Assembly: GCA_028534125.1 (NCBI GenBank)
Contig: CM052816.1
Location: 33,172,001 to 33,236,000 of the forward strand
Source: Lama glama
Lineage: Eukaryota
Reading direction: 5' to 3'
Length of the DNA stretch: 64,000 nt
The position numbers and the translations under genes were made by a program. Of the stretch, positions 24,849 through 38,557 are shown in pieces. How positions within the stretch are numbered: the stretch's first letter is position 1; each line of letters opens with the position of its first letter. The notes below the pieces were generated by a model. That model made no database searches and was not told where the DNA came from. It saw only the letters and a program-made list of their open reading frames with translations.

Positions 24849-25301
24849 AGGGGAAAAAAGAGTACCTCCCTAAGGTGGCTTGGAATTCAAGATTAAATAG
24901 CATATGAACAGGGGAAGGGTTGGGGTGTGCAGGACTCTCAGGGGAGAGTAAAGGATCTTCAGGAAACATGAATGGGCCCACAGAAGGATAGGTGAGAGGT
25001 GTGCTAGTTTGTGACAAAGCCTGTCAGGGTGTGGTGCTGACTTTCATTCTCCTCTCCTGTGGTAGAAGTCAATCCCTGGTTGATGAAACTCCCAGGAAGG
25101 GACTCTGTGACAATTGAGTTCCTTCTGGAGGATCAGTTTTTAGGCTGATAAGGGGAGTTCAAAGAAAGCCTCCTCCAGCAATTGCTGCTTTTCAAGTGCC
25201 TGATGACCAAAATAATCTAAAGACCAAAACTGCGTATTTTAGGGTGGCATGTCCTAAACTCCTACAGTCATATTTTGGGTGGTATATTCTGCTACCTTTC
25301 T
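24849..25301 (-). mobile_element. ERV1 LTR fragment (MER34/MER39-like)
   Basis: Minus strand starts gaaaggtagcagaatataccacccaaaatatg, typical of this LTR group. Confidence 0.7.
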
Positions 25302-26829
25302 GTCATAAACAGTAAGCCGAACAAGGCTACTTGATGATTTCTTTTGAAATTCACCTTCACTCACTTGGAAGTGACAATTCAAGATTCTGAAAAGGTCTAT
25401 ATTCTAGACCTTTCCATAGCTACTCTAAAAATCCAACATTTCCTTTGTACTATCCTAATTTTATGAAAATCTTAAAGTTGATAAGCATGCCCCATGCTTA
25501 AGAATTCCTTGTTCTTTGATTCTGAACAACATCCAGAAGAGGGTGCTGGCAGAACAATCAACCACGCTCTGACCCCAAAGCCAGGACACAGCCTCTTGAC
25601 CAAAGGTTTCAATAAGGTAACCCTAAGTGTGGCAAGGGCCGTAATGATCATAGCATTATATTAGGATCATTAGCATCACATCACCTAATACTACAAAAGG
25701 GCAAGTGGAAAGCATCTTATATTAAAAGCAATTCAGGAATACAGAGGAAAATTGGTGAAGACCTTTTAAATGAGGGAAGATTTGGGGAGACAACGACTTT
25801 AATTTTTTGTCAACATTCTATATTAGTTCAAATATCTGATATCTTTTGTATGACTTTTTTATAGCATAATCAGTCATACTTACTTAATCATCATCAATTA
25901 ATTAATATTTTTCTCAATAAAAATTAATAAACCTGGTAATGTATACCCTAAAAAAACCAAGGAGCATGGCTGAAAGAATCTATGGAGCAACTGATATTTT
26001 GTTCAAGAATTTATCAGTGCTGTAGCTAGAAAATAAAACTTCAGTTGTGTTTTATGCTTTATAATAGTTAAATATGTCACCACTCAGAATCTATAACATT
26101 ATTATTTATCCTTGCATTCGTCCCTGAAATATACATATTTGGGGAGAAAATCCATCAGGCAACAGGCAGTACATTTTTCCTAAGGCGTCTCTTCTTTGCT
26201 AAACCAAAGTGTGTCATTTTGCTTTGCTGACAGCTTTAGGGATAGGATGTAGACTGCGTGGTACTAAGTCATTTAGCTAAGCTGGAACTACGCTTCCCAG
26301 AGTTCTCTCCCCAAATGGCTCTGTATGGCCAGGAGAGACATTCTATGTGAAGTTCAGACGACATACTTTCTATGCTCTGAAAGTTGCTGCCAATCTGCTG
26401 CTTACCTACTTGAGGTATCAAAACTGTAGCAACCCCAACTCCCTGGGTCTCCTCCTTCAGCTTCTTTGAGTCCTGGGCCAAAGATGTGTGTAGTTTGCTG
26501 ATAATGGGTGCCAGCTCTCCTGTGGGTCACCCACAGCACCGAGGCTGACATGGTTAAGAGACCCAAGTGAGTTCCAGTTTGTCCTCGTGGGTCCCAACTT
26601 GTGGTCACGCATTCCCGTTCGTCCTTGCTGTCCTCTACATCCAGATTTCCTTCTTATCTCCTGATCTGACAGAGCTGTATAGTAACTTCAGGCTCAACAC
26701 AGATGCGGAATTCACAGCCTGTCACAGATTGTTCCACCAGCTCTCATCGCTACAAGTTTCTATGTACATCATCTTATTGCCTTTGCTTTTTGAATAGTTA
26801 AGCCTCAAAGTCATAACATCCACTGTGTT

Positions 26830-27495
26830 CGGTAGAAGTAGAAGACAGGTATTTGGTAGTAGAAGAAGAGAAAGAATGCTTAAAAAGGTAAATCTGGTAG
26901 GTAGGATGGCAGGACACTGGAGGCAGGAGGGACACTGGAGGCAGGAGGGACTTCTGGTTCTGTCGTGCTCTTTCCTGCCTGCTCTTCCAGCGTGTGGAGG
27001 CCAGTAGCACAGGACATCTAGTGGCGCTCCTCCCCAGTAAGTTTCAGTGGCACCATCTGGGGGACTTCTCAGTGGGTTTTGTTACCACTCTAGTGGGCAG
27101 CTTCCCAGTGAATTCCTTTGTGGGCACCTTCTTAGTGATAACCCAATGGGTGGCATCCCAGCCAGTTGAGCCAACACTCCAGAAGGCCGGCTTCCTGCTG
27201 CCAACCCTGACCTGCGGCATCTCAGGGAATTTCCTGGCCTTCTGGGGGCCCAGGCGCTCCTTTTCAGTGGGGTCTGAATCTCAGCCCTGGGTGAAGGAAG
27301 GGCCCTCTTTCAAGTATGTGCCTTCCTCGGGCACTCTGACTCAGCTCTAGAGGGCCTGATTGCTCTTCCTATAGTCATTAGATTCCCTTTACTCCTTGTG
27401 GGTAATCTCTTCCTAATAGTTAACAATTTTTTATGTTAAAGTTTCCCTGTGTGAATTACTGTGTGCTTTCTGTCTCCTAACTGGGCACTGATAAA
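26830..27495 (+). mobile_element. Old ERVL-type LTR (LTR33/LTR41-like)
   Basis: Ends ttaaagtttccctgtgtgaattactgtgtgctttctgtctcctaactggg; GC-rich body; left boundary uncertain. Confidence 0.55.
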
Positions 27496-28170
27496 ATGTA
27501 TTTTGCTTTTAGTAGCTGCTTTAAGAAACACTACCAAGCCCCAGCATTTAATTTTATTAGTTCAGGATTTGTTTTAGAAGGAACATAAATTACTTTTAAT
27601 GTGATTATGTAAGTGAAGGGATTGCCCAAATGTGCAGTTTAGAGAGACTGTTTGCTTTCTTTGGCCATTTATAAGGGGTATTTCTCAAACTGGGCTCAAT
27701 GGACCCTTGCGAGCAGACCCTGAGTCAACTATTGCTATGAAACAAACCTCCCTAAACACAACAGTTAAAACTATGGTCATTTACGATTCCTCATATATTT
27801 GACAGCAAGACTCCAAAGTCAAATGACAAATGGTGAAGATACAGAAAAAGATGAAGAACCGAGTTTCAAAAGGCGCTCTACCGGAGGGTCCAAGGACATA
27901 ATCAAGGTTCTGTGAGTTTAAATAGTATTTTAAAACTGCGTATTTTCAATTCAGTGAGAAAATAAAGGATGGAATCACTGCCATAGACTTTAAGTGCCTG
28001 CATTGGCATGCATGGTCTGGTTCTTATCAAGGATCATCTTAAGTGAGTGTGTACTTTATTTGTTAATTTGTGAAGTTATAGCTTTTTAAAAAACGTACTC
28101 TGTGTATCCCAATGAACGGCCACCATCATTAATTATGTGTTTATTATAAGCTTTTATAGATATATAACAT

Positions 28171-28664
28171 TGATAAGAGAAATTTTCACATATTGAGGAA
28201 TGGAGAAGTCATTCTGGCTTATACATAAGTTAACTTGAAGTTTATGCTAACTAAAATAGCCTGTTTGTGGCCTATCAAACATACATTGTACATCTGCTTT
28301 AGTTATTAAGGAAAAGAGTGTGTTGACCAGAAGTCAAGAATGTCCATGTTAAAAAATAAAGATTAAATACCTCCCTTCCTGGGACACCAATCGATGACAA
28401 GACTCCCTTCCCAGGTGCAAAGCTATACTGACTCACAGTGTATGTGCTGATCTGTTTTTTGAAACCTTTAAGGAGTGCATCCCTGACTTGTTTAATGTTC
28501 TTTGTTCTGACAAGATATAAAAGTGTGCTGAAAACCCTGCTTCTCTGGAGCAGTTCCTTAGAGTTATCAGAGAGGCTGTCTTCTGAGGTATCATTTCAGT
28601 TTGGCTCAGATAAAACTCTTTTCTATTTCTATTATAGATTGTTTATTGATTACTTTTGTTGACA
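28171..28664 (+). mobile_element. ERV1 solo LTR (494 bp) with 4 bp TSD ACAT
   Basis: acat|TGATAAG...GTTGACA|acat; gatataaaa TATA-like box; inserted in an old L1 remnant. Confidence 0.85.
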
Positions 28665-29384
28665 ACATACATACAGAAAAGTGTATAAACTGTACGTGTA
28701 TAGGTCGTGACTTTCAATAAAGTGAACCCTCCTGTGTGAGTGTTTAAGGGAGTGTTTCTCAAAGTGGCCTCTGCAGAGGCTGTCACAGGCAGAGATCCAT
28801 CAGTTCCAAAGCTTCACCAATAATACACAGAGAAACTTTTCCTCTGACCAGGAAAGAAGAGGAAACAGAACAAAATCGAAGCAGTTACTGCAGAGGAAAA
28901 AATGGAGGAGTCACACACAGAGATAGGTAATAGCTAACTCTTGCAGGTTTCACCAGCAGGTTTGCCACAGAAAACTGGTGGGCCACAAGCCCTGAACCCT
29001 TCAGAGCCAGTGCCACTAAATCATGATCAACGTGTAACCCTGATTTTTGCTCTAACTCATGCTGCTATGGCTCTGTCTGTCTTGAAAAATGCTGAGCTGA
29101 TAACATACAAAGAAAAATTCAACTTGTTATAAATTATGTGTAACAGCATAGCCTAAGTCCAGGCCTGTGCCAGAGAAAGGTGACATATTTGCTGCGGCTG
29201 CCGAGTGCCTAGTCTCCTGAGTGCGCAGAAGGGCGAGAAGAGGACAGTTAACTGTTCTACTCAAACTGAGCAACAACAACCTTGAAGAGTGGCCAAGTGA
29301 CAAACAGTGCAGTAACTATGGGTACTTTTATAGACTTTATGAGACGTAGTCACACCCTAGTAGTGATTGTGTGTGTATGTTTAA

Positions 29385-29770
29385 TAAATTTTTTATTTTA
29401 TGATAGTCCTAGATTTACAGAAAAGTTGCAAAGATGGGACAGAGAGTTCTCACATATCTTATACCCAGTTTCTCCTATTACAAACATCTTCCATTATTAT
29501 GGTACAGTGCCACAATTAATGAATCAATACTGGTAACATTATTATTAAGCAAAATCCATAATTTATCCATGTTTCCTAGTTTTCACCTAATGTTCCATCC
29601 AGGGTACCACATCACATTTAGTTGTTATATATCTTAGGATCCTCCTAGCTGTGACAGTTACTCTTTCTTACACTTTCCTGGTTTTTGAAGTCCTTGACAA
29701 TTTCAAGGAGTACTGGTCAAGTATTCTGTAGAATGTCTTTTCATTGGGCTTTGTTGGATGTCTGTATTTT
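29385..29770 (-). mobile_element. L1MC-like 3' end
   Basis: agatttacagaaaagttgcaaagat..acagagagttc motif. Confidence 0.8.
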
Positions 29771-30620
29771 AATTATTGCTGGCATATTTAGGATTGTTAG
29801 TTCCTTCAAACATGTCACCAGAAGTGTCAGAATTAGCAAATGTGCCTCAGACACAAAAAGCCTGAAAACCACTGGTCTACCTCAAAGCAGACTGTAGATA
29901 TACATAAATGAAGTTGTCAAGATGCTTATTCCACCTTTAGTTTCAAATTCCAGTTTCAAAAAGCAAGGTAGGTTTACAGACCTTTCACACAGTGGTTAGA
30001 TAGCAATCTTAATTTATAAACTATGGGCATGTCACCCAAAATGACCCAGGCCATCAGCCCCTCACCCTCGGTCCCCAGCTCCAACTTAGAAGGGAAGACA
30101 GGAGCTTTTCAGTCCAAGGTCATATGGTAGTAATTCACCCTGAGGTAAAAGGGAAGTTTCAACTAAGCATAAAGAAACTCTAAGTTATTCATGGTTTCAA
30201 CGGAATATGTTTTTAAAGTACAAGCAGAAACAATGATCCAACTTTCAATAAAATATTTTCTTCTTTGTTTTTCAAATGAGTGAAGTCCAAATTAGGGAAC
30301 ACAAAGGATTATATCCTACTAATTTGTAACATCTGGTACCAGAAAAGCAGTGAAGCCGTTACAGCTACTCTAGTAATTAAATCTGTACAAGGTGCAGACT
30401 TAAAACACTTTGATGATTCAGCTCTTACTAGTGAGAGTGAAGTCACCAATCACAAGTGTTTGGAGCACTTAACATTACTGGCAATGCTGGAAATGGTACA
30501 ATGTTTAGTTCAATAAAAGAAGACAATACCTGCCATGTCCCCTGGAGCTCAAAATTTAAATATTTATATTGGAATACACACAGGTCTAAAGATGTTTTCT
30601 GTGAACCAGAAAGTACTCAC

Positions 30621-30835
30621 CGTGTTGGCCAGCTCTAGATAGCTTCCTCCTACAGAGTTGCCAGAATGTGGGGACTGTGTGAGCAGCTTGTGGAGAGCAT
30701 CAGCGTGCTGGTGCAGAGAGCTCCCGCCACAGTCCAGAAGCTTCTGTAGAGCTGACTGACCCTGTAAGTCCGGGCTCTGGAGGTCCCTGGCACCCGAGTC
30801 GTATTCCCAGCTCTCTCTGGCTGCTGATAAGGCAC
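30621..30835 (-). CDS. MCC: MCC coding exon (exon 3 of long isoform)
   Basis: Translates (G)ALSAARESWEYDSGARDLQSPDLQGQSALQKLLDCGGSSLHQHADALHKLLTQSPHSGNSVGGSYLELANT. Pyrimidine tract plus cctag|GT acceptor; ACG|gtgagt donor; 215 bp. G+GT completes the Gly codon begun in the previous exon; phase 0 out. Confidence 0.97.
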
Positions 30836-31319
30836 CTAGGTCCAGGAGAGGCAGGGGAGAAAAAAGAGATGTTTCCTTCACTAGCCTGTGGGTGGCCAAC
30901 AGGCAATGACTTGGAACCTCCTAACTCTGCCATGTACCAGTGCCTCAGAACACATGTGGCGCCCAGGCTGCATGCTGAGCACTTTCTCCTTCAAACTGAC
31001 ACATGAGGAGCCTGCAGATAAAAGCAGTTTTAGGCAAAGTATTCAGAAATAATGATCCAATGGATATGTGCCCCACCTCCAAACAGCAATGTTTAGCAGA
31101 AAGCACTGAAGAGCCAAGAAAAGGGAATCTGACCAGCACTACAGCTGTCTGTGATTTACACAGTGTTTCTGTATGATCAGCCTCCTTACTGTAGTCCCTT
31201 TTACCAGCTAAGGAGGAAGGAAGGAAGTGAAAAGACAGAAAATTAGATATGGCACTTTACCATAGTTTTCTAGTGTTGATGTACTTTTACCTGGAAAAAG
31301 CTACAGGAAGCCAGTTAAG

Positions 31320-31657
31320 TGTAGTCATGTGGCTGAGCTTGGAGCAACAGAAAGTGAACAGAAGTGAAGAGCACAGCTTCAGAGCCTGGCTCATAAAAGT
31401 CCTGGGGTGTGATTCTCCATGCCCTGTGCCTCTGGCTGGTTCAGATGGGCATGGTACCCTTGGGAACCCCGTGGTACAGATGGCGAAGCCACAAGTTGGA
31501 AGATGCCTGGCTCCCTGAGTTACCTCCTGCAGGGGGGCTGCCTGCTGAGCCGAGGCACCATCTTCACTTTGTATAATTAGGAAAGAGAAACTTTTGTGTT
31601 TGATTCACTATGTATTTTTGGTTTGTGAGGGCAGCTAGCATTACTTTACTATCACAG
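31320..31657 (+). mobile_element. MaLR LTR (MLT1-type)
   Basis: gatggcgaagccacaagttggaagatgcctggctccctgagt; ends gcagctagcattactttactatcaca. Confidence 0.65.
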
Positions 31658-33599
31658 CAGATTAGAACCTAATAAAAGATGCTAATCATTATATTAGCAT
31701 GGGGAAGTACAGTGAAAAGTAGACCTAGAGAAGGCATATCTCACCCGACTGCCCCGAGAGGGATGGGAGATGTCCAGGGAATGCTTACTGGAGGGGAGAG
31801 CCCGATGCTTCACTTGCCACCTTTGCTAGAAAAATGAGATTTTGAATAAAGCTTGCTTCTTCGTGTTGCTCACTTCTGAGCCCCTCACGTATGCAGCTGG
31901 TTAGTGGATCCTGGCTTAGATGCCTGTCTTAGCTGCAAGGGAGGCTGGGAAGTTTGTTTTCTGGCTTCCACTTTGAGGAGGTAGGATTTGTAAGGTGAGA
32001 CCCTTCCTAAACGTAGGAAGAGTATTCAGAAGGCCTGGGCAGCCAGCAAACAAGACAAAGGTCTACACACAGGCACTGTGCTGGGTACTGGGGACATAGC
32101 AGTGCACACAGTGAACTGCACTCCCTGCCTGTGGGGCTTTCATTCTGCTGGGTCTTTAATACATGACTTTTAAATATACAAAAAGGGATTCATTAAAATT
32201 ACAATTTTTACTATGAAAAGGGAACATAAACAGATTACTCTACAATTTGCTTGCATATAATTACGTAGAGCAAACTACAAATTATGTAAGTGGGTTCTGA
32301 CATGAATTTTCCACCTCCCTGTACTGGGTACTGGTGAATTTCATCAATGTCATTAGAAAAACTGTCTTTTTCTGCAGCCACGCCAGATGGTTTTCCTCTG
32401 CTGCTCATGTTCTGCTGATCTTCTTCAGTCAGTCTGACCTAACACTCTTTTCGTCCAGTGCTGTATGGCTGGGTGACATGTCTTTGTGTCAAAGTAGACA
32501 ATTTTGTTACTATGTTTGCAATTGCCCGAAGTTTAATAGTAAAATCTATCAGTTGGACTGCAAGGGAAGTTTTGCTTTCCTTCAACATGGACTCCAAAAT
32601 GCCTGCTCTGCCTCCTCCTGCTCCTCTGAATGCTCTCTGTCTAACCAGCTGCCTCACGTTTTCTGTCCCGGCCCCAGCAATGTGTGCCAAGAAGACTGGC
32701 TGAGCTCAGAGCTGAAAATAGGCTGAATCACTGATGGCCTTACAGCTCATACATCAGACATATAAGCATAGGGTAGGGCCCTGGCCTTTCATGTTTCACC
32801 GCAGTATCATCCGTACCTTGCACAGAGCCTGTGACATTTCAGGCATTTAACAAACATTTACTGAATGGATTCCTGGATTATTTACAATGGTAGTAGGCCA
32901 GGGTTTTACTTCCTAAATGGGAAAAGCAACATGGAGATTAATTTTAAAAATCAAAATAAATTTTACACTTAGACTTTTTCTTTATACAACTCAAGAGATT
33001 CATTTTCAAATAATGAAACATATTTCTGGGATAAGACAGCCCAAGGAAGCTTCATTTGAATTTATTATGCTGTATTAACAGTCCCAAATCCAGTTTCTGG
33101 CAGAGTCATATAATCAGGTTAGAAGCTCCATGTTAATCAGCAAGATCAAAAGGCCCTCACACTATTACCGTAACAATTTTTACTCAAGTGATACTGAGAA
33201 CCCAGATCCTCTGCTAAGGAGCCTGGGCAATCATATTAGCATCCACTTTAATGGACCAGAAAAAGGGAAGTACATTTTCAAAAAATACAGTAGACTATTC
33301 CCATTACCCTCTTTTAATCTGTCTTCAAATTAGGTATTTCTGGATAAAACCCAATATTCCTGAGGCAAAATTAGTCATTTAATTGGGAAGAACTTCAAAA
33401 TGCAGGTCTTCCTTTCGCCCTTTGAAGCATGATGGTACCTGATATTTCTAGGCTCACTGTCATGCCAGTCTCTCTTCAGTCCCTTGCTAAGCTCAAAGGA
33501 GCCTGTTGACCATGGGCAGATGGCTGTGTTTTCTTATCCTTAGCATGACACCATTACATCTATACTGTCCCCCAGGCTCACTAGGCTATCTGGTATCTC

Positions 33600-33755
33600 T
33601 TTAAAAGGGCACTAATTCCATCATGAGGGCCCCATCATTGTGACCTCATCTAACTCTGCTCACCTTCTGAAGACCCATCTCCAACTACTATCACATGAGG
33701 GGACAGGGCTTCAACATATGAATTATTGGGGGAAACAAATATTCAGTCCATAACA
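33600..33755 (-). mobile_element. MaLR LTR fragment (MLT1A/MST-like)
   Basis: gggcactaattccatcatgagggc...ggcttcaacatatgaatt...attcagtccataaca. Confidence 0.8.
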
Positions 33756-34499
33756 ACCACTGAGCAGCCGCTCTCCAGGCCCACAGGGAAAGTAACTGTA
33801 TGGCATTACTTTAAATACCCAAGACCAAAGCACTCCCTGGGCCTAGAGGTCTCTGCCCACACAGAACCAAAGGAGGCCACAATATCTGCCACCATAATCC
33901 TACAGGGTGCTTGCTCTGAAGTAAGAGGTAAGATATATTCTTTTTTTTAAACTAAATATTTAATGTTTAAAGGTGGTTGAACACAGATTCCAATTGTTTC
34001 TCTTATCAGAAAAGCACAGGAAACAAGTGGCAATTTGACATGTTTATAAAATACATTACTGGGAAAACCCTGCTTTCAGAGAGCATGCTGGAACAGAAAA
34101 TCTGCCAAGCCCTGAGATCCTTGCCCTGCTGGGTACTTGGCAGCTACATGCTAAGATTTTAATCCCATTTTCAAAGTGCCACCCAGGTTTGGTTCCAAAG
34201 CTTGCAATTACTGTGCTTATTTACCAAAGGCACCACGCCACCTTCCCATGGGCTAAGCCCCCTGTGAGAATAAAGCAAACCAACATGGAACTCCTGAAAT
34301 TCACCTTAAAAATATTCAAAACAATCATGACAGCTAACATCTATTCAAAGCCACTAAGGACCAGGTACTGTTCTAAGAATCTTTCATGTATTACCTTATT
34401 TAGATCTACCCACAGTCTATGAATAAATAATCCATTTTTCCATTTTTAGAAAAAGACATTTTCCCTCTTTCAGCTTCATTTTGTAGACTTACTTGTTGG

Positions 34500-34745
34500 C
34501 ACAGAATAGTGGTTAAGAGCTGGGGTTCTGTAGTTAGATTTCTTCAAGTCAAATAAAGAGCCACCATGACCAGCTATGTGACTTCAAGCAAATTAGTTAA
34601 CCCAAGTCTCAGCTGTCTCATCTTTAAAATGGAGATAGAAATATGTATTTCATAGAGGTGTCTGAGAATTAAATAAGATTATAATATGTGGAACATATTA
34701 GACAATCCTTGATATATGATAAACTGGCCAACAAAATGTTAGCAA
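34500..34745 (+). mobile_element. MIR
   Basis: tagtggttaagagc...agctatgtgacttcaagcaa...ctcatctttaaaatggagata. Confidence 0.8.
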
Positions 34746-35376
34746 TTATTTGGTCATACTTCACAATTGTAGTTATTTGGAATTCATTTTACACAAGTTA
34801 ACAGGGAACAAATATGTGACAGAAATGTATATATACCCTCCTAGGTTCTGAGAGGTACCTGTTTAAAAAGACTAATTCTTAAAAACAAACCTTTGGCACC
34901 TATCCAGTGGCTAAAATTTCATCAATAGTTTTGTGCTTAACATCTAGTATTAGAGACAATAAAAATAGCCAGTTAGGTCAGGGCCAAAGTTATGTGTCTC
35001 TGAGTAAGGAATCTTCCACTAATGAGTCAAAGTCTTCGGGGTATGATAGACTTTGCTTCCCCATTCTACTGGCCAGCTCTTACTTGCGCAGACCATCTGG
35101 CCTCCCCCCAAAGCCTGTGCCCAGTGCAGTGAGGAAGTCTGCCCGGTCCGGCAGCGGCCACAGCAGGGGCAGCAGCGGCTCCCAGGCAGGGAAGGCACAA
35201 CTTATTTATTCATCAGATCTGTGCTCTGGCCACCCTAGCCACCCCTCTGTTTTCTACCTCCAGTTCATCCTTTTCCAACCTTCATTTAAATGCCTGGGGG
35301 CCTCTCATCACATCACAGGCAGATGGTAATGCAGAATGTTTAGGGATCCTGAAACCTGTATTAACACTATCTTATT

Positions 35377-35560
35377 GTTACTTGAAAACAGGGTTCATCT
35401 CTTGGTGGGTGAACCTCAGGAGAAGGAAGGATTTATTATTACTTGCAGCAAGTAAGGAGAACACTGGGGATCTTTCCCAAAGCAGTGTCTCCCCAAAAGT
35501 AAACCTGGGGAAGTTTTGAGCTAAGGGTATATGCACATTCATGAATATGAAGACCTTCAG
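35377..35560 (-). mobile_element. ERV1 LTR fragment (R/U5)
   Basis: tgttac...aaggatttattattacttgcagcaagtaaggagaacactggggatctttcccaaagcagtgtctcc. Confidence 0.7.
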
Positions 35561-36678
35561 CCAGCCCAGAGCGCAGCCAACTGACAAACTGGGCTACTGC
35601 CAACCCACAGTGCCCAAGTGCTTTGCCCTCCTAACGCTGAACCCAGACAGTCTGTGGTCTACTCTCCCCCAGCCTCAACCTGGGGAGTCTCCTGGACTCC
35701 ATGCTTGATTGGGTTGCCCACTTGGCAGTAAAACCTTCCCACTCAGCAACCAATCTTTTCTCTCTAATGGCCTTTATTACTTTTCTTTTTTCTTTAACGA
35801 TTATTTGTGCCTTCTCTTTTTTCACTTTAGCATTCTTGCCAGGAAGATATCGATTTTCTACGTCTTTTAAAAAACTATTTTCAGTCTATATTGTGCCTCT
35901 ATATTGTGTGCTTGTTTTCTATTTCCTTGATTTTGGTTCTTATCTTTATTATATCCTTTCTTCTCTTTTATTTGTGTTTATTTTGCTGTTCTCTTTCTAG
36001 ACTCTGGGAATGGATGCTCAACTCAGCATTTTTTCTTTTATCTTCTAATATATGCATAGACAGCTATAAAATTTCCTCTAACTGCTCCATTTCAATTGAT
36101 ATTTTCATAATCTTTCAGTTCAAATTATTTTTGAATGTTCATAATTTTGTCTTAGATCCATGAACTGTTTCAGAGTATGTTTCTTAATTTCCTATTATAT
36201 GGGGTTTTGGTAGTGTTTTGATTTATATGTTCACTGCACTGTATTCAGAACACATGGCCTATATTATATCAATCCTTTCAAAGCTGTTGAGATCTGTTTT
36301 ATGGCCTGTATGTGAACAAATTTTACAAATGTTCCACATACACTTGAAAAAAAGGTGTATATTATAGTTGTTGGAATGGAGTGGGCCTTATGTGACCATT
36401 ATGTCAAGCTTATTAATTGGGCTGATCAAATCTTACGAAGCTTTATTGATTTGGGGTTTTGGTTTTTTTTTTTTTTGGTCTCCTTATTCCAGTAATTAAT
36501 GATAAGAATTCTAGTATCTTTCATAATGACTGTAAATTGGTATATTTCTCTTGCAGGTGTCAATTTTTGTGTGTTTTGAGCCTTTTTGAGGGGTATATAC
36601 AAATTTTAAATCATTCCATCTTTCTGGTGAATTTAATCCTTCACCATTTTGAAATAAGCCTACTTCAAATAATGCTTT

Positions 36679-37386
36679 TGTGATATAGTAAAAACTATAC
36701 ATTGGTTTTTGCTACCTTTTCCTGGCTCAGAGCTCCTAAAATTCTCAGAATTTCCTGAGTGATGAGTTATCATTTGTACACTAATGAGATGACTCAAAGG
36801 GAGGGGAGAAATGGGGTTCTAGGGGCAAGAGACTGACGCCAACTGTCAGCAGCCAGTGATTTAATCAACATGCCTACGAAATGAAACCTCAGTAAAGTGC
36901 CCTTAACAACAGGATTCAGGAGCGTCTAAGTCATTGAACACATCCACGTGCTGGGAAGGTGGTGCAACCCAAATCCAAGGGGACGGGGGCTCCTGTGCTT
37001 GGGATCCTTCTGGGTCTTACCCTATATACCTCTTTATCTGGCTGTTAACTTATCGTACCTTTATAATAAACTGTAATAATAAATACAGCACTTTTCTTGA
37101 GTTCTGTATCATTGTAGAAATTATCAAACCTGAGGGAGGTGTCATGGAAACTCCTGAATTTGTAGTTGGTGGGAAGAAGTACGGGGAGCCACGGGATCCC
37201 CTTCCATGGCTGGTAACGGAAGTGGGAGCAGGGTTGTGGGACTGACACTTTAACTTGTAGGGTCTGCGCTAACCCGAGGTAGTTCTTGTCAGGGTTGAGC
37301 TTAATTGTTGGACACCTGACTGGTGTCAGAGAATCAGAGACTTGGTATTGGAATGATATATTTGGTATCAGGGAAAAAAAACTACA
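36679..37386 (+). mobile_element. MER21-like LTR
   Basis: tgtgatatagtaaaaactatacattggt...agagctcctaaaa...gttctgtatcattgtag..aattatcaaacctgaggg...tggtgtcaga. Confidence 0.8.
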
Positions 37387-38118
37387 CTCTACTCTTTAAC
37401 TTAAAGACAATTTTGCTTTGTATTATTGTAGCTGCTCCAGATTTCTTTTGTTGAGGAAGGCTTAAATACACTTTTCCATTGTTTTACTTTCAAACTTTCC
37501 ATTGTTTTTTGATTTATCCCTTGTAAACAGCCCATGAGCATATATTTACAATCCAGTTTTACCATGTATGTCTTTAATGGTAGAATTTAATATATTTACA
37601 TTTAACTTAAATACTAATACAAAGATTAATCTTTCATCTTGTTTTGTTCTTCCTATATGTCTACTTATTCTGTATTTCTTTCTCTTTTCTTGCCTTTTGA
37701 AACACTTTCTCGTTCCATATTTTACATCTATAGGTTTGAGAGTTAAATGCTTTCTATTTTACTGATTATGATAGAAATTACAACATACATCCTTAAATTA
37801 TCAGAATCTAAAGTTTATCAATATCTTTACCTATCTCTGGACAATATAAGAACTTTAGAAAACTTGAAATCCCACTCCCAACCTATGTGCTTCTATTGTA
37901 TATTTATTTCTCTTAAAACTCTAAGAGAAGTATTATTGTTTTATATTGCTTATTTAATTTAAGTTTATCCACATATTTACCACTTTCTTTTTCCTTCTTT
38001 CTCCCTTCTAACTCAGAACTTCCATCTGGAACCACTTTCATTTTGTTTTAAATATATCCTTTAGAATATCTCTTAATGGCGATCTTCTGTAGGTTTATGT
38101 CTGTCTTTAAATATCTTT

Positions 38119-38171
38119 TTTTTAAACTTTTTTTTTTACTGAGTCATAGTCATTTTACAATGTTGTGTCAA
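38119..38171 (-). mobile_element. 53 bp 5'-truncated L1 with 17 bp TSD
   Basis: TSD tgtctttaaatatcttt at 38102-38118 and 38172-38188; insert is a T-tract plus tagtcattttacaatgttgtgtcaa. Confidence 0.88.
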
Positions 38172-38557
38172 TGTCTTTAAATATCTTTATTTCACCCTGG
38201 TTCTTGAAAGATGCTTTTGCTGGGTATGATGTGTTAACTTGTCAACTATCTTTTCTTAGCACATAGAGAACAGAGGAATGCCTACTGCCTTCCATCATTC
38301 TTGGGAGTCTGCTCTCAGCCTACATGTTGCTCCTTTGAAAGTAATCTGACTTTTAAAAAGTACTTTTGTAGATTTTCTCTTTATCTTTGGTGTTCTACAG
38401 GCTCACTATAATGTATTTAATTATCTACTTATGTAACTTGATGCTTGTATTTCTTGTCATAGTTCCTGCTTAGGACTCATTGGGATTCTGGAATCTACTG
38501 GTTAATATATTTTATTATCAATTTTCAAAAATTCTAAGCCATTCAAATGCTACTTCT

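Noticed and set aside
26909..26950. 18 bp tandem duplication (ggacactggaggcaggag); similar small duplications near 8670, 12915 and 61300
   Set aside because: Ordinary local slippage duplications.
1..30620. First exon of the short MCC isoform, or the next common exon
   Set aside because: I did not find the recalled peptides (MNSGVAMKYG..., LASLKGDIVELNKRL) in the ORF track or by eye; they probably lie beyond position 1. A tblastn would settle it.
30836..30899. N-terminal part of ORF 30564..30899
   Set aside because: It is the translated polypyrimidine tract and intron.
32334..32726. 130 aa ORF and overlapping ORFs in non-repeat sequence
   Set aside because: No recognisable homology or splice support; it may be a conserved non-coding element, but that cannot be shown without alignments.
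34907..35329. 140 aa Ser-rich ORF
   Set aside because: Non-ATG start, no recognisable domain, antisense to MCC.
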